DNA of 64,000 bases, from positions 128,001 to 192,000 of the forward strand of contig CAWGBN010000002.1 of the NCBI GenBank assembly GCA_963820825.1, given 5' to 3'. Shown piece by piece: positions 48,901 to 59,119 of this stretch. The position numbers and the translations under genes were made by a program. The notes beneath the pieces were generated by a model, which did no database searches, was not told the origin of the DNA, and saw nothing but the letters and a program-made list of their open reading frames with translations. Position 1 is the stretch's first letter. The number at the start of each line of letters is the position of its first letter. The DNA is from Vulcanimicrobiota bacterium. GTDB lineage: Bacteria; Vulcanimicrobiota; Vulcanimicrobiia; Vulcanimicrobiales; Vulcanimicrobiaceae.

Positions 48901-50020
48901 TTACTCGAATGTTACGAAGGCTCCGCAGACATCGTTGGCAAGAAATCGACCGCGCTGGGTCAACCGCACGGTGTCTCCGACTCGCTCCAGCAAGCCCGTC
49001 CGTGCGAATCGAGTGACGACAGGCGCGTAATCGGCCATCACGTCGATACCATAACGTTCTTTGAACTCGCTCAGCCCAACCCCCTGCGCGGTCCGCAGCG
49101 CGAGCATTACCGCCTCACCGACGCGCTTTCGACCTTCCAGCCGCTCGGCGTCCGAGGGAATCGGCCGCCCTTCGAGCGCTGCGTCGACGTACTCGTCGAG
49201 CGAGCGCGTATGCACGCTTCTCACCCCGTCGCGGTACGATGCCGCGCCGACGCCGAGTCCGGCGTACTCGCCGTTCGCCCAATAGTTCGAAATTATGCGC
49301 GCAGCGATGCCCGGACCGCGCGAAGTTGCTGATCTCGTATTGCTCGAAGCCGGCACCCTGCAGCATCTCGATTGCGAGCGCATATAGGTCGGCTTCGCAA
49401 ACGTCGTCGGCGAAGGCCGTTGGTTCGCGCGCCTGCCACGCGGCATACGGCGTCCCTTCCTCCACCGTGAGGCCGTATGCCGAGATATGATCGACGTCCA
49501 GTGCGATTGCCGCCTCGAGCGTCTGCCGCCAGCTTGCAATGCTCTGCCCCGGTACGGCGAACATCAAATCCAGCGACACGGATGCAACTCCCGCTTCGCG
49601 CGCCGCGGCGACGACGCCGGCCACCTCTTCGGGACGATGCTTGCGCCCGAGCGTTTGAATTTCGCTGGGCTCAAAGGATTGTACGCCGATCGAGATTCGC
49701 GTGATGCCGGCCTCGCGATAGCGCGGCAAGTCGCCGTCGCGTACGAGCTCCGGATTGAGCTCGATCGAGACTTCGCTCGCGCCCGGAAACCGGCGATTGA
49801 GCCCTCCGAGCAGATCCGCGATGGCCGGCGCGTCGTAGGCGTTCGGCGTTCCACCCCCCAGATAGATCGTCGCGGCGGGCGATACCGGTTCGCGTTGGAG
49901 CTCGGCAGAGAGCGCGTCGAGATACCGGCCGGCGGCGGTCGCGCGCATCGGCCACTTCGCGAAATCGCAGTACGGACAGAGATACGGACAGAACGGAAGG
50001 TGAACGTAGACGCCGAGCAT
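48901..50020 (-). CDS. hemW: Radical SAM heme chaperone HemW; one frameshift near 49290
   Basis: YVHLPFCPYLCPYCDF, GGGTP, YEISNF. NYW..GLGVGAASY and the HemN_C tail are in ORF 48901..49539; extra T in a TTT run. Confidence 0.92.
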
Positions 50021-50037
50021 GGCGACCCGCGGCCGGC

Positions 50038-51045
50038 TTACGTCGGCGCCAGATGCGGTACGATGAGCTCGCTGATCTTCCCGACGACGTCTTTCTCAAC
50101 TTCTTGAGCGGCCGCTTTGATCGCGTGTCTGATGGCGTTGCGGCTCGCGCGTCCGTGCGTCACGATGCAGTTTCCACGAAGACCGAGCAACGGCGCGCCC
50201 CCGTACTCTTCGTAATCGAATCGCCTTCGCAGCCGTTTGAGCGCCGGAGCGAGCATCGCCGTACCGATTTTGGTCAGTAGATTTCCGCCGAGCAGCGCGT
50301 CGCGCATGACCCGCGCGAGGTCGGCGATCATGCCTTCTCCCGTCTTGAGCACGACGTTTCCGACGAATCCATCGGCTACGATGACGTCGGCGACGTTATG
50401 GAAGAGGTCGCTCCCTTCGACGTTGCCGATGAAGCGCACGGGCGCGACTTCGAGCAGCCGGGCCGCTTCGAGCACGAGCTGATTACCCTTGCTGCGCTCC
50501 TCGCCGACCGAGAGGATCCCGACGCGCGGCTCGGCGACGTTGAGCACGGCCCTAGAATAGGCGGAGCCCATGATCGCAAACTGCTCGAGCCACTCCGGCC
50601 GGCAATCGACGTTCGCTCCCGAGTCGAGCAGAACGGTCGGCCCGTTGAGCGCCGGCCAAACCGTGGCGATCGCCGGACGGGAGATACCTTCGATCGTTCG
50701 GAGCTTGATTAGTGCGATCGCCAGAAAGGCGCCGCTATTGCCGGCCGAAACGACCGCGTCGGCCTCGCCCTGCTTCACCAGACCGACCGCGACGCCCAGC
50801 GAGGTCCGCTCGCACGAACGGACCGCCACCGACGGGGAGAGATCCATCGCGACCGCCTCGGGAGCGTGGATCACGCGGATGCGATCGGCTCCGTCGCCGC
50901 GAAGAAGCGAGCGAACGCGCGCCTCGTCGCCGACGAGCAGAATATCGGCATCGCACTCGCCGGCGGCAAGCATTGCACCGGCGACAATCTCGCCGGGAGC
51001 GTGGTCGCCGCCCATTGCGTCGACCGCGATGCGCGCTCGGCTCAT
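50038..51045 (-). CDS. plsX: Phosphate acyltransferase PlsX
   Basis: IAVDAMGGD, SAGNSGA, LDSGAN, DGFVGNVVLK, GGAPLLG. Confidence 0.96.
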   Translation of the reverse strand: MSRARIAVDAMGGDHAPGEIVAGAMLAAGECDADILLVGDEARVRSLLRGDGADRIRVIHAPEAVAMDLSPSVAVRSCERTSLGVAVGLVKQGEADAVVSAGNSGAFLAIALIKLRTIEGISRPAIATVWPALNGPTVLLDSGANVDCRPEWLEQFAIMGSAYSRAVLNVAEPRVGILSVGEERSKGNQLVLEAARLLEVAPVRFIGNVEGSDLFHNVADVIVADGFVGNVVLKTGEGMIADLARVMRDALLGGNLLTKIGTAMLAPALKRLRRRFDYEEYGGAPLLGLRGNCIVTHGRASRNAIRHAIKAAAQEVEKDVVGKISELIVPHLAPT

Positions 51046-51141
51046 GGCCCGCGTCTTTTGGAGCCACCCCTGGAATCCTTGCCTAGCGTCAACTTTTGGC
51101 CCTTGCCTGCCGGTCGGGCGCCGTGATACTATCGGCCGGCT

Positions 51142-51333
51142 ATGGCAAAGCGGTGCGAGATCTGTGGAAAGGGCCCTAAGGCGGGCAATAACGTCAGCCA
51201 CGCGATGAACAAGACGAAGCGGCGCTGGCTACCGAATTTACAGTCGGTCCGGATCGACGACCGCGGCGTTCACCGAACCGCCCGGGTCTGTACCGGCTGC
51301 CTGCGCTCGAATCGCGTCACGCGCCGCGCTTAG
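51142..51333 (+). CDS. rpmB: 50S ribosomal protein L28 (Zn-binding form)
   Basis: [38 protein letters not shown]. Confidence 0.97.
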   Translation: MAKRCEICGKGPKAGNNVSHAMNKTKRRWLPNLQSVRIDDRGVHRTARVCTGCLRSNRVTRRA

Positions 51334-51336
51334 CCG

Positions 51337-52281
51337 CTAGCGCCCGAAGTGATCCCAGCCGGAGCGCGCCAAAGGCGCTCCGTCGAAGATAACGCCCGAA
51401 CCCCTTCGTAAGAGACCGACGCGATAAAGCTCGCGCTTGAAGTGCGCGGCGTACCGCGTTGCCAAATGACGAAAGGCGCGCGGCCGCACCGCGACGAGCA
51501 GCTCGAAGTCCTCGCCGCCGGCAAGGGCAAATCGTCTCGGATCCTCTCCACGGCTTGCGGCAAGCGCGCGCGCCGACTCTGCGACGGGAACGCTCTCGAG
51601 CTCGGCGCCGCAACCGCTCGCTGCGGCCAAGCGATGGAGATCGGTCGAGAGACCGTCCGAGAGATCCATCATCGCGGTGACGTTGCGGCTCGCCGCGAGA
51701 AAGCGCCCTTCCGCGATTCGCGGCTGCGGTCGCCGGAATGCATCGAGCGCTTCTTGAATCGCCGCCGCGCCGATCGTGCTTGCATCCCGAGCGATCTCGA
51801 GGCCCGCCCGCGCCGCGCCGAGCGGCCCCGTCACCGCAAGCACGTCCCCCGGGCGTCCGCCGCTGCGCAGCTTCGCATCGGAGGCGCGCACCTCGCCGAC
51901 GACGGCGATCGATATCGTCAGGTTGCCGGCTCGCGAAAGGTCGCCGCCCACGATCTCGAGTTTCGATGCGGCGGCGCATTGCGCCAAACCGCGATAGAGG
52001 GTGAGGATATCGTCGGGAACGATCGCTTCGGAGAAACCCAAGGCGACGGTCGCCAGAATGGGACGCGCGCCCATCGCGCAGAGATCGCTGACGTTTGCCG
52101 CCATCGCACGCCAGCCCGCATCTTCGAGCGACATCGAGTCGCGCGTGAAGTCCACGCCCTCGACGAGCATATCGGTTGAAATGACGCTGCGGTGCGAACG
52201 CGACGGCTGCCAGAGCGCCGCATCATCCCCGATGCCGCGCGTGAATGGCTTAATGGCTTCGACGATCTCGTCTTCGGTCAC
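51337..52281 (-). CDS. thiL: Thiamine-monophosphate kinase
   Basis: GIGDDAA, NVSDLCAMGA, VGGD, MDLSDGL, GGEDFEL; GTG 52281 overlaps the rpe stop. Confidence 0.95.
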   Translation of the reverse strand: MTEDEIVEAIKPFTRGIGDDAALWQPSRSHRSVISTDMLVEGVDFTRDSMSLEDAGWRAMAANVSDLCAMGARPILATVALGFSEAIVPDDILTLYRGLAQCAAASKLEIVGGDLSRAGNLTISIAVVGEVRASDAKLRSGGRPGDVLAVTGPLGAARAGLEIARDASTIGAAAIQEALDAFRRPQPRIAEGRFLAASRNVTAMMDLSDGLSTDLHRLAAASGCGAELESVPVAESARALAASRGEDPRRFALAGGEDFELLVAVRPRAFRHLATRYAAHFKRELYRVGLLRRGSGVIFDGAPLARSGWDHFGR

Positions 52282-52931
52282 GCGAGCAAGGCGCGGATGC
52301 GGCGTACCTCCGCCGCCGGATCCGGCGCGTCGAAGATGGCCGACCCCATCACCAGGACGTCGGCCCCTGCCTCGACGAGATCGCGAGCGTTCTCGGCACT
52401 GACGCCGCCGTCGACCTCGATCAGACACTTCGGATTGCGCCGTTCGATCAGCGCCCGTGCCTCGCGAACCTTTTCGATCGCGCGCGTAATGAACTTCTGA
52501 CCCGAAAAGCCGGGATTCACGCTCATCACGAGCACGGTGTCGCAATTCTCGATCACGTCGACCAGCATGCCGATCGGGGTCTGCGGATCGATCGCCAGGC
52601 CGGCCTTCGCGCCGATCTCACGCAGGTGCGTCAGCAATCGTTGCGCGTGCGGCGTCGCTTCGAGATGAAAGCTAATCCGATCGCATCCTGCGGCTCGAAA
52701 ATCGTCGACGTAGCGTTCGGGCTCGACGATCATCAAATGCGCGTCGAAGACCAGCGGCGAGAGCTTGCGCAGGTCGCCGATAATCTTCGGCCCCCAGGTG
52801 ATGTTCGGCACGAACCGGCCGTCCATGACGTCGAGGTGGAGGTACTCGGCTCCGGCATCCTGCACGCAGCGAATCTGTTCGGCAATTCGCGCGAAGTCGG
52901 CCGACAGGAGCGAGGGCGCGAGAACGGTCAT
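52278..52931 (-). CDS. rpe: Ribulose-phosphate 3-epimerase
   Basis: APSLLSADF, HLDVMDG, MSVNPGF, VDGG. Confidence 0.97.
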   Translation of the reverse strand: MTVLAPSLLSADFARIAEQIRCVQDAGAEYLHLDVMDGRFVPNITWGPKIIGDLRKLSPLVFDAHLMIVEPERYVDDFRAAGCDRISFHLEATPHAQRLLTHLREIGAKAGLAIDPQTPIGMLVDVIENCDTVLVMSVNPGFSGQKFITRAIEKVREARALIERRNPKCLIEVDGGVSAENARDLVEAGADVLVMGSAIFDAPDPAAEVRRIRALLA

Positions 52932-52991
52932 GCGCCCGCCGTTCGCGCGCGCCGCGAAGCGCGCCTGCGCGCGGCTACGGTTACGCGCCCG

Positions 52992-54038
52992 TTAGAACGG
53001 CGACGGCGTCGGCGACGGACCCGGCGTGCCGTAGGCGTTCGGCGGCTCGGTGCCGAGCCGTTCTTCGCCGACGAGCGTATCGTTCACGTACATGTCGAGC
53101 AACGACGTTCCGACGGTCGTAATGTTGAAGTCGAGTTTCTGACCCGGCTCGGCGAAAGCGCGATAGAGATCGTATTGCCCGGTCGCGTCGGTAACCGATA
53201 GGCGAACGTCGAGCGGTTGATCGTTCTGCGTGTTATCGGAGACGGGAACCGAGACGAGCACGTGGACCTGGCGCACGACGTACCCCGATTCGTTCGGGCC
53301 AGCGCTCACCTGTAACGCGACGGGATCGTACGATGCGATTCTTGCCTTCGGCGCCGGAAGCTGGCGCGCGACCATACCGTGCGGCGGCGCCGACTTGCCC
53401 AGCGGCGTCCAGACGACCTGACCGATCTTGATTCCGGCATCGGCGGCAAGCGTTCGCGCCTGATCGACCGTGAGACCGACGAAGCTTGGAACGATGAGGT
53501 TGACTCTGCCGCCGCGGCTGATCGAGAGTGCCACCGTATCGCCCTCGTGAACGCTGGTCAGTGGAGACGGGCTCTGCGAGACGACGTGACCCTCCGGAAT
53601 GATGTCGCTGCGAGCGTACGAGACCTTTCCGAGCTGCAGATGCGCGCGCGAGAGGTCGAGCTGCACTTCGCGCATCGATTGGTAGCGCAGATCGGGCATC
53701 AACCGCGTAACGATGCCGTCGCTGATCACGAACGAGATCTGGCGTCCTTGGCGGACGGAATCGCCGGCCTGCGGTCGCTGCATGATGACCACGTCCTTCG
53801 GATAGCGGTCGCTCGTCGTGTGGTCGACGACCGCCGAGTTCAGCTTGAGCCGCGCGATTTCGGCGTTGGCATCGGTGAGCGTCTGACCGACGAACGACGG
53901 CACCGTGACGGTCGCCGACGACGGCAAGAGAAAGTCGTAGATCTGCCGGCCGAACCAAACCACGATCGCGACGAAGATCGCGAGCACGATTGGAAAGACC
54001 CAATCGCGCGGCAGGTACGCCTTGAGGGATGGCCTCAG
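52992..54038 (-). CDS. Membrane-anchored protein with three PASTA domains
   Basis: TM helix, then VPSFVG, MPDL and VPSFVG PASTA repeats. Proposed CTG start at 54038 with GGAGG 7 nt upstream. Confidence 0.85.
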   Translation of the reverse strand: MRPSLKAYLPRDWVFPIVLAIFVAIVVWFGRQIYDFLLPSSATVTVPSFVGQTLTDANAEIARLKLNSAVVDHTTSDRYPKDVVIMQRPQAGDSVRQGRQISFVISDGIVTRLMPDLRYQSMREVQLDLSRAHLQLGKVSYARSDIIPEGHVVSQSPSPLTSVHEGDTVALSISRGGRVNLIVPSFVGLTVDQARTLAADAGIKIGQVVWTPLGKSAPPHGMVARQLPAPKARIASYDPVALQVSAGPNESGYVVRQVHVLVSVPVSDNTQNDQPLDVRLSVTDATGQYDLYRAFAEPGQKLDFNITTVGTSLLDMYVNDTLVGEERLGTEPPNAYGTPGPSPTPSPF

Positions 54039-54781
54039 GCGAGCGCCTCCGCCGAAACGTGGCTGAAATCGAGATTGCTGAAGAGGCGTTGTACGTCTTC
54101 GTGCTCTTCGAGCGCATCGAGAAATGCGAGCGCCGCCTGCAGCTGCGCGTCCTGCAGCTCGACCTTCGTCTTCGTCCTCATGCCGAGATAGACGTCGGAG
54201 ATCTTCACGCCGCGGGCGCGCAACTCGTCGCGCACGCCGGCGAGCCGTGCCGGTTCGGTGTAGATCGTCGCAAAATCGGGATCGTACTCGATGTCCTCGA
54301 CGCCGTCGATCAGCGCTTCCTCCATGAGCGCCTCTTCCGTTCGGCCGGCCGGATCGATTTCGACCATCCCAACCGGATCGAACATCCACGCGACGCTCCC
54401 GCTCTCGCCGAGGTTCCCTTCGTGGCGGCTGAAGAGAAAGCGCAGCTCACCGGCGGTCCGATTGCGATTATCGGTCGCCGCATCGACGACGACCGCCAAA
54501 CCGTGCGGACCGTAGCCTTCGTAACGAATCTCTTCGATCTCGCGCTCGCTGTCCTGACCCGAGGCGCGCGAAATCGCGCGTTTAATATTCTCCTGGGGCA
54601 TGTTGAACTCGCGCGCCTTTTCAACGGCCATCTTCAAGCGGTAGTTGGCCTCCGGATCGGGCGAGCCGCCCTTCGCCGCAAGAATGATCTCTTTGCTCAG
54701 CTTGGTAAAGAGCGCGCCGCGCTGGGCGTCGACCTTGCCCTTCTTCAGCTTGATGTTATGCCATTTGGAGTGTCCCGACAT
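54035..54781 (-). CDS. yebC: YebC/PmpR family protein
   Basis: MSGHSKWHNIK, YEGYGP, TDNRNRT, GSVAWMF. Confidence 0.96.
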   Translation of the reverse strand: MSGHSKWHNIKLKKGKVDAQRGALFTKLSKEIILAAKGGSPDPEANYRLKMAVEKAREFNMPQENIKRAISRASGQDSEREIEEIRYEGYGPHGLAVVVDAATDNRNRTAGELRFLFSRHEGNLGESGSVAWMFDPVGMVEIDPAGRTEEALMEEALIDGVEDIEYDPDFATIYTEPARLAGVRDELRARGVKISDVYLGMRTKTKVELQDAQLQAALAFLDALEEHEDVQRLFSNLDFSHVSAEALA

Positions 54782-54807
54782 CTCAAAAACCCTCGCCGCG
54801 TCCTTCG

Positions 54808-57800
54808 CTAGCCCGGACCGATAACCCAGGTCGGGAACCACATTCGCGCGTGCCAGGCGTCCCAGCTAATCGGATGGGCCGCCAGAATTGGATAAAAGAA
54901 GACGAAGCCTGCCGCCGCGGCCGCGACGTACGCCCCGACGCCGAGGCCTCCGAGCCAGCGCCGTTCCTCGCGCCGCTGCGCCCATTGCCAAAGACGCTGG
55001 AGTACGACCACGTTGCAGATGCAAATCAGCGGAATGTTGACGTAGAAGTGATAGGCGAACGTTAAACGCGGCGATCCGACCCAGGGCAGCCATTGCAGCA
55101 GATAGGTCAAGACGATCAACGCGTAGGCTTTATTTCGCTCCTTCCAAGCGAGAACGGCGACCCAGGGCACGGCGAGCAATCCAAACCACAAGATTACCGG
55201 GTTCGGCAGCGAGGTGATCTCGTAAACGCAGCAGCCCTTCGGATTTGTCGGATCCTTGCGATGATCCTGATAGAAATACGCAATCGGCAGGTAGTCGATC
55301 GGCCACTCGAACCACCGCGACGAGTAGGGATGCGTGGCGACGAGGTTATGATGATACTCGTACATCGAGTATTGGCGATAGACGATGTCGTTGAGGTTAT
55401 GGATCTCCCCCGGGTCCGGGGAGTGACGCGCCAGATCCGGAACCCAGACGAGTGCGTAGACCGTCGCGCTGACGAAGACGATCGTGGCGAGCGCCGCGTC
55501 GAGGCGGAAGCCGCGCGGATTTCCCCAAAGCGTTGGGCTCGCCTGCGCGAAATAGCGTTGCAGCCAGACGGCAACGATCACGACGAAGCTCACGCCGAAG
55601 CCCATAACCCCGTACCACTTCGAGCTCACGAGCAGACCCAAGGCGACGGTAAAGAGGATGAGCCACAATCTCGAAGAGCGGCCTTTCTCGAGTGCGCCCG
55701 CAGTTCGAATCTCGTCTTCTGCGTAGACTGCCTCGCCGGCGGGGGTCGAGTAGGTCACGCTCGGATCGCGCCGGTACTCGATTCGTAACGGATCGTCACG
55801 ATAGACGAGCGCATCGCCTTTCGCCTGAGAGGCCGCGCCGCGCTCGATCCGCCCGCGCGAATCGATCGTACCCCCGTCGGAGGCATGCACGAAGGTCCCC
55901 TCCTTGCCGCGTAATGCATACGAGCCCTCCGCGAAGGTGAGCTCGAGCCGGCCGTCACCGAAGAGCCGCGGAAAGAGCGTATAGCGAACGAGCAGATAGC
56001 ACGCGCAGGCGATATAGAGCGTCACGACCACGGTCGACGCGGCGTCGACCCCAAAGCCCGTACGCAGAACCTGCGCCACCGCGGCGCCGATCAGTACGCA
56101 GGTGCCGATGCCGGCCAAGATCGCCCAGGACGGCGTCGCAACGTGGGCGCGTTCGCCGACCTGCGAGCTAATCCAAAACCGGTAGAACGCGTAGACGGCG
56201 AGCGTCGCAAAGAAGACGACGAAGCCTTCGGGAGTCGCGATCCGCGACTGGACGAAATGCATCCCGTCGAAGCTGAGCAAGAGCGCGGCGATCGTCGCGA
56301 AGAGGGTCGAACCGGTAACGCGCTTTGCGAAGGCGTAGAGCAGCATGACGACCAGCGCGCCGAAGACCACGTCGAGGAAACGCCAGCCGTACGAGTTGTC
56401 GCCGTTGCTTAAATGCCCGACGATCGCGTTGAGTCCCGTCCATCCGCCGAGTCCGTGCCCTTTCGGCATGCCGCCGAAGAGCACGATAGAGATCGTGATC
56501 AGCAGCTTGCTGAGCGGCGGATGGGTATTCTCGTAGATACGAAAGTTCTGCAAGTACTCTTCGCCGGCGCGCGCAAAGTAGATCTCGTCGAAGACTTTGT
56601 CGGCCGGCCACCAGTATCCGACGAACGAAAGAATGAAGTTCCCGATACCCAGCGCCGCGGCGATCGCGTAGTCGAGCGGCCAGCGCATCGCGGCCAGACC
56701 CTCGCGCGGATCGTACCAGTGACGCGCGCCGATCTCATCTTCTTCCGCCGCCTCGACCCGTTCCGGGCGTCCCGGCTCGATCGCGGTCCGCGCGGTCGCC
56801 GGCTCGGCCGCGCCGAGATACTGGTAGCCGAGCCAGAAGAACGTCCCGACGGCGACGAGCGAAAAGGCGACCGTCCAGATGCCCCAAAGGTTCTGCGCGT
56901 TCGCGCCCGGGACGCTCCCGGTGACGACCGCGAGATACTGCAGGCTGTAGATGAGGTTGGCCAAGAGCACGACCGAAAGCGCGATCGCTCCCCAGAGATA
57001 GCGGCGCGCAAAGGGGATGCAAGCGATCGTGAAGAGCAATCCGTTGAACGAGTAGCGCTCGTGCATGCGCGTCGCCAACACGAAAAACGCCAGCGTCGCA
57101 ATTGCGCAGCCTTCCAGCAGCGCCTGCGAAGTGCGATCTTGCACGTAACGCCACACGATCAGTGCGAGCGCCGCGATCACGAGCACGAGACCCCAGATCC
57201 ACTGCGGCAGCCCCAAGATCGGCTGTGTATCGGATACCCAGAGCGTCCCGCGAATCGCCCACAGGTTGAAGGCGTTGACGCTGTTATAGGCATAGACGAT
57301 CGCACCGTTGTGATAGCGGTCGTAGAGCCATGCGAAAGCGGCAATCGGATTGCTCGGGTGGAACGGCTCGGTCAGCGCGAGGGCGAGCAGCAGCGCAGCG
57401 CCGGCTCCGATCGCGCTCGCAACGATGCGCTCCCGCCGCAACTGCGGGTTCACAAACGCAAACGCCACCAACAACGGGAGCAGCACGGCCGCCTGCGGCT
57501 TAATGAGTATGGAGTAGGAAAAAGCGAGCCACGCAAAGACGATCCAGCCCGTGCCTGCGAATCCCTTGGAGCCTGCGCCGGAGGGCCTCTGGTCTTCGCT
57601 GCGCAGCAGCGCGTAGATCGCTAGCAAGGCGAAGCCGCCCGCAATGGAATCGACCTGGCCCCACAGGGCCGAGATGTAAATCGTCGCCGGATTGAACAAA
57701 TAGAATGCCGCGGCAACGAGCGCGACGCGTGCGCTTGCGAACCGGGCGACGATGGCGTAAACGAGCGCGCCGACGCCGAGGTCGGCGAGGATCGCCGGCA

Positions 57801-58113
57801 CTTTGACGAGATCGCGAAGAACCGCATAGCCGGGATCGTGCGCGCTAAAAAGGTGCCAAACGTATCCGATCGCGGCGAGGATGTAGAAATAGCCGGGCGG
57901 GTAGTCGACGAAACCGATCGTCGAATAGAACTTCGCAAAGCCGTGCTGGCTCAAACCGATCGCCCAAGCCGCGTAGGTGCTGACGTCGGTCTTGAAGCCC
58001 TCGTTCCCGATGAAGAAGAGCCTCACCACCAGCGCTGCGAGCAGAAGAACCGGGAGCGCCCAGACGAGCGATCCCTGCCGTGCCGGTGCGCGCACCGTAC
58101 TGTTGACGTTCAC
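54808..58113 (-). CDS. Tandem GT-C glycosyltransferase: N-terminal GT-C module + protein O-mannosyltransferase (GT39/PMT-like)
   Basis: N-half DYPP, WGQVD, KPQ, MHERY. C-half FDEIYF, THPPLSK, YGWR, SSKW, HPYSSRW. About 1100 aa, multi-TM. Confidence 0.82.
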   Translation of the reverse strand: MNVNSTVRAPARQGSLVWALPVLLLAALVVRLFFIGNEGFKTDVSTYAAWAIGLSQHGFAKFYSTIGFVDYPPGYFYILAAIGYVWHLFSAHDPGYAVLRDLVKVPAILADLGVGALVYAIVARFASARVALVAAAFYLFNPATIYISALWGQVDSIAGGFALLAIYALLRSEDQRPSGAGSKGFAGTGWIVFAWLAFSYSILIKPQAAVLLPLLVAFAFVNPQLRRERIVASAIGAGAALLLALALTEPFHPSNPIAAFAWLYDRYHNGAIVYAYNSVNAFNLWAIRGTLWVSDTQPILGLPQWIWGLVLVIAALALIVWRYVQDRTSQALLEGCAIATLAFFVLATRMHERYSFNGLLFTIACIPFARRYLWGAIALSVVLLANLIYSLQYLAVVTGSVPGANAQNLWGIWTVAFSLVAVGTFFWLGYQYLGAAEPATARTAIEPGRPERVEAAEEDEIGARHWYDPREGLAAMRWPLDYAIAAALGIGNFILSFVGYWWPADKVFDEIYFARAGEEYLQNFRIYENTHPPLSKLLITISIVLFGGMPKGHGLGGWTGLNAIVGHLSNGDNSYGWRFLDVVFGALVVMLLYAFAKRVTGSTLFATIAALLLSFDGMHFVQSRIATPEGFVVFFATLAVYAFYRFWISSQVGERAHVATPSWAILAGIGTCVLIGAAVAQVLRTGFGVDAASTVVVTLYIACACYLLVRYTLFPRLFGDGRLELTFAEGSYALRGKEGTFVHASDGGTIDSRGRIERGAASQAKGDALVYRDDPLRIEYRRDPSVTYSTPAGEAVYAEDEIRTAGALEKGRSSRLWLILFTVALGLLVSSKWYGVMGFGVSFVVIVAVWLQRYFAQASPTLWGNPRGFRLDAALATIVFVSATVYALVWVPDLARHSPDPGEIHNLNDIVYRQYSMYEYHHNLVATHPYSSRWFEWPIDYLPIAYFYQDHRKDPTNPKGCCVYEITSLPNPVILWFGLLAVPWVAVLAWKERNKAYALIVLTYLLQWLPWVGSPRLTFAYHFYVNIPLICICNVVVLQRLWQWAQRREERRWLGGLGVGAYVAAAAAGFVFFYPILAAHPISWDAWHARMWFPTWVIGPG

Positions 58114-58129
58114 GATCCTTCCTTTGCCG

Positions 58130-59119
58130 TCAGCGAGCCGCGGTCAGGCCCAGCGTGCTCGAAAGATAATCGCGAAGCTCCGGCTTCGGGTGATTCTCGA
58201 GGACCGCGAGGTGCTCGGCGGCCGCCTCGGCTGCAGCCCGGCGCGCGCCGACCGTATCGAGCGCATCGACGATGCGGCCGACCGCCGTTGCGTCGAGCGC
58301 GTCGCCTCGCGCGTAGGCCTCCGCGATCACGCTTCGAGCCGGCGACGGCAGCTGCGCGATCGCCCAAACCACCGGAAAGGTCCACTTTCGGCGCGCGATG
58401 TCGCCGGCGACGGTCTTCCCCGTCTCGTCGACCGAGGACCAGATGCCGGCAACGTCGTCACGGATCTGAAAGGCTATGCCGTAGGCGCGGCCGAGCGCGC
58501 CGTAACCGGCGATCGCGCTCTCGCCACAAGCGGCAGCATGGGCTCCCAGGCGGCAGGATGCATCGAAGAGCTGCGCCGTCTTACACTCGATCATCCGGTA
58601 ATAGTCGGCTAGGTTGACGGACGGCTGCGACTCGAACGAGAGATCGAGCGACTGCCCCTCGCACATCACCGCATGGGCTTCGTGCAAGAGCGCGAGCATT
58701 CGCAGCACCCGGCGTGCGTCGAGATGCGCGCGAGCCCGCTCGAGGCTGAGAAAGCTCAGCGCGCACATCGCGTCGCCGGCATCGATCGCCCGGGAAATGC
58801 CGTACGCGCTCCAGAGGGTCGGGCGACCGTGGCGCAACTCGTCGCGATCCTCGATGTCGTCGTGGACGAGCGAGTAGTTGTGAAAGATCTCGACGGCGAC
58901 CGCGGCATCGAGCGCGTGCTCGAGCGGCGCGCCCTCGACGACCGCAACGCGCATCACCATCTGCGGGCGCAGCCGTTTGCCGCGCCGCGCCGGCCCATAC
59001 GGAGCGTAGCCGAAATGCCGCAAAAGACTATCGGAGATCTCAGTAGATCCCCGATATCCCGTAATCCGTTCTTCGAGGGCGCTCTCGAAGCGCTCGGCGA
59101 ACGTCGCTTCCTTAAGCAG
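58130..59119 (-). CDS. Polyprenyl diphosphate synthase
   Basis: GKRLRP, SLVHDDIED..LRHG, GQSLD, KTA, FQIRDD. The frame is open upstream of TTG 59023 to CTG 59119, which overlaps the ispH end. Confidence 0.9.
   Translation of the reverse strand: MLKEATFAERFESALEERITGYRGSTEISDSLLRHFGYAPYGPARRGKRLRPQMVMRVAVVEGAPLEHALDAAVAVEIFHNYSLVHDDIEDRDELRHGRPTLWSAYGISRAIDAGDAMCALSFLSLERARAHLDARRVLRMLALLHEAHAVMCEGQSLDLSFESQPSVNLADYYRMIECKTAQLFDASCRLGAHAAACGESAIAGYGALGRAYGIAFQIRDDVAGIWSSVDETGKTVAGDIARRKWTFPVVWAIAQLPSPARSVIAEAYARGDALDATAVGRIVDALDTVGARRAAAEAAAEHLAVLENHPKPELRDYLSSTLGLTAAR

Noticed and set aside
42842..49295. Programmed ribosomal frameshifting in sigH, ispD or hemW
   Set aside because: No slippery heptamers are evident and I know no precedent; sequencing indels are more parsimonious.
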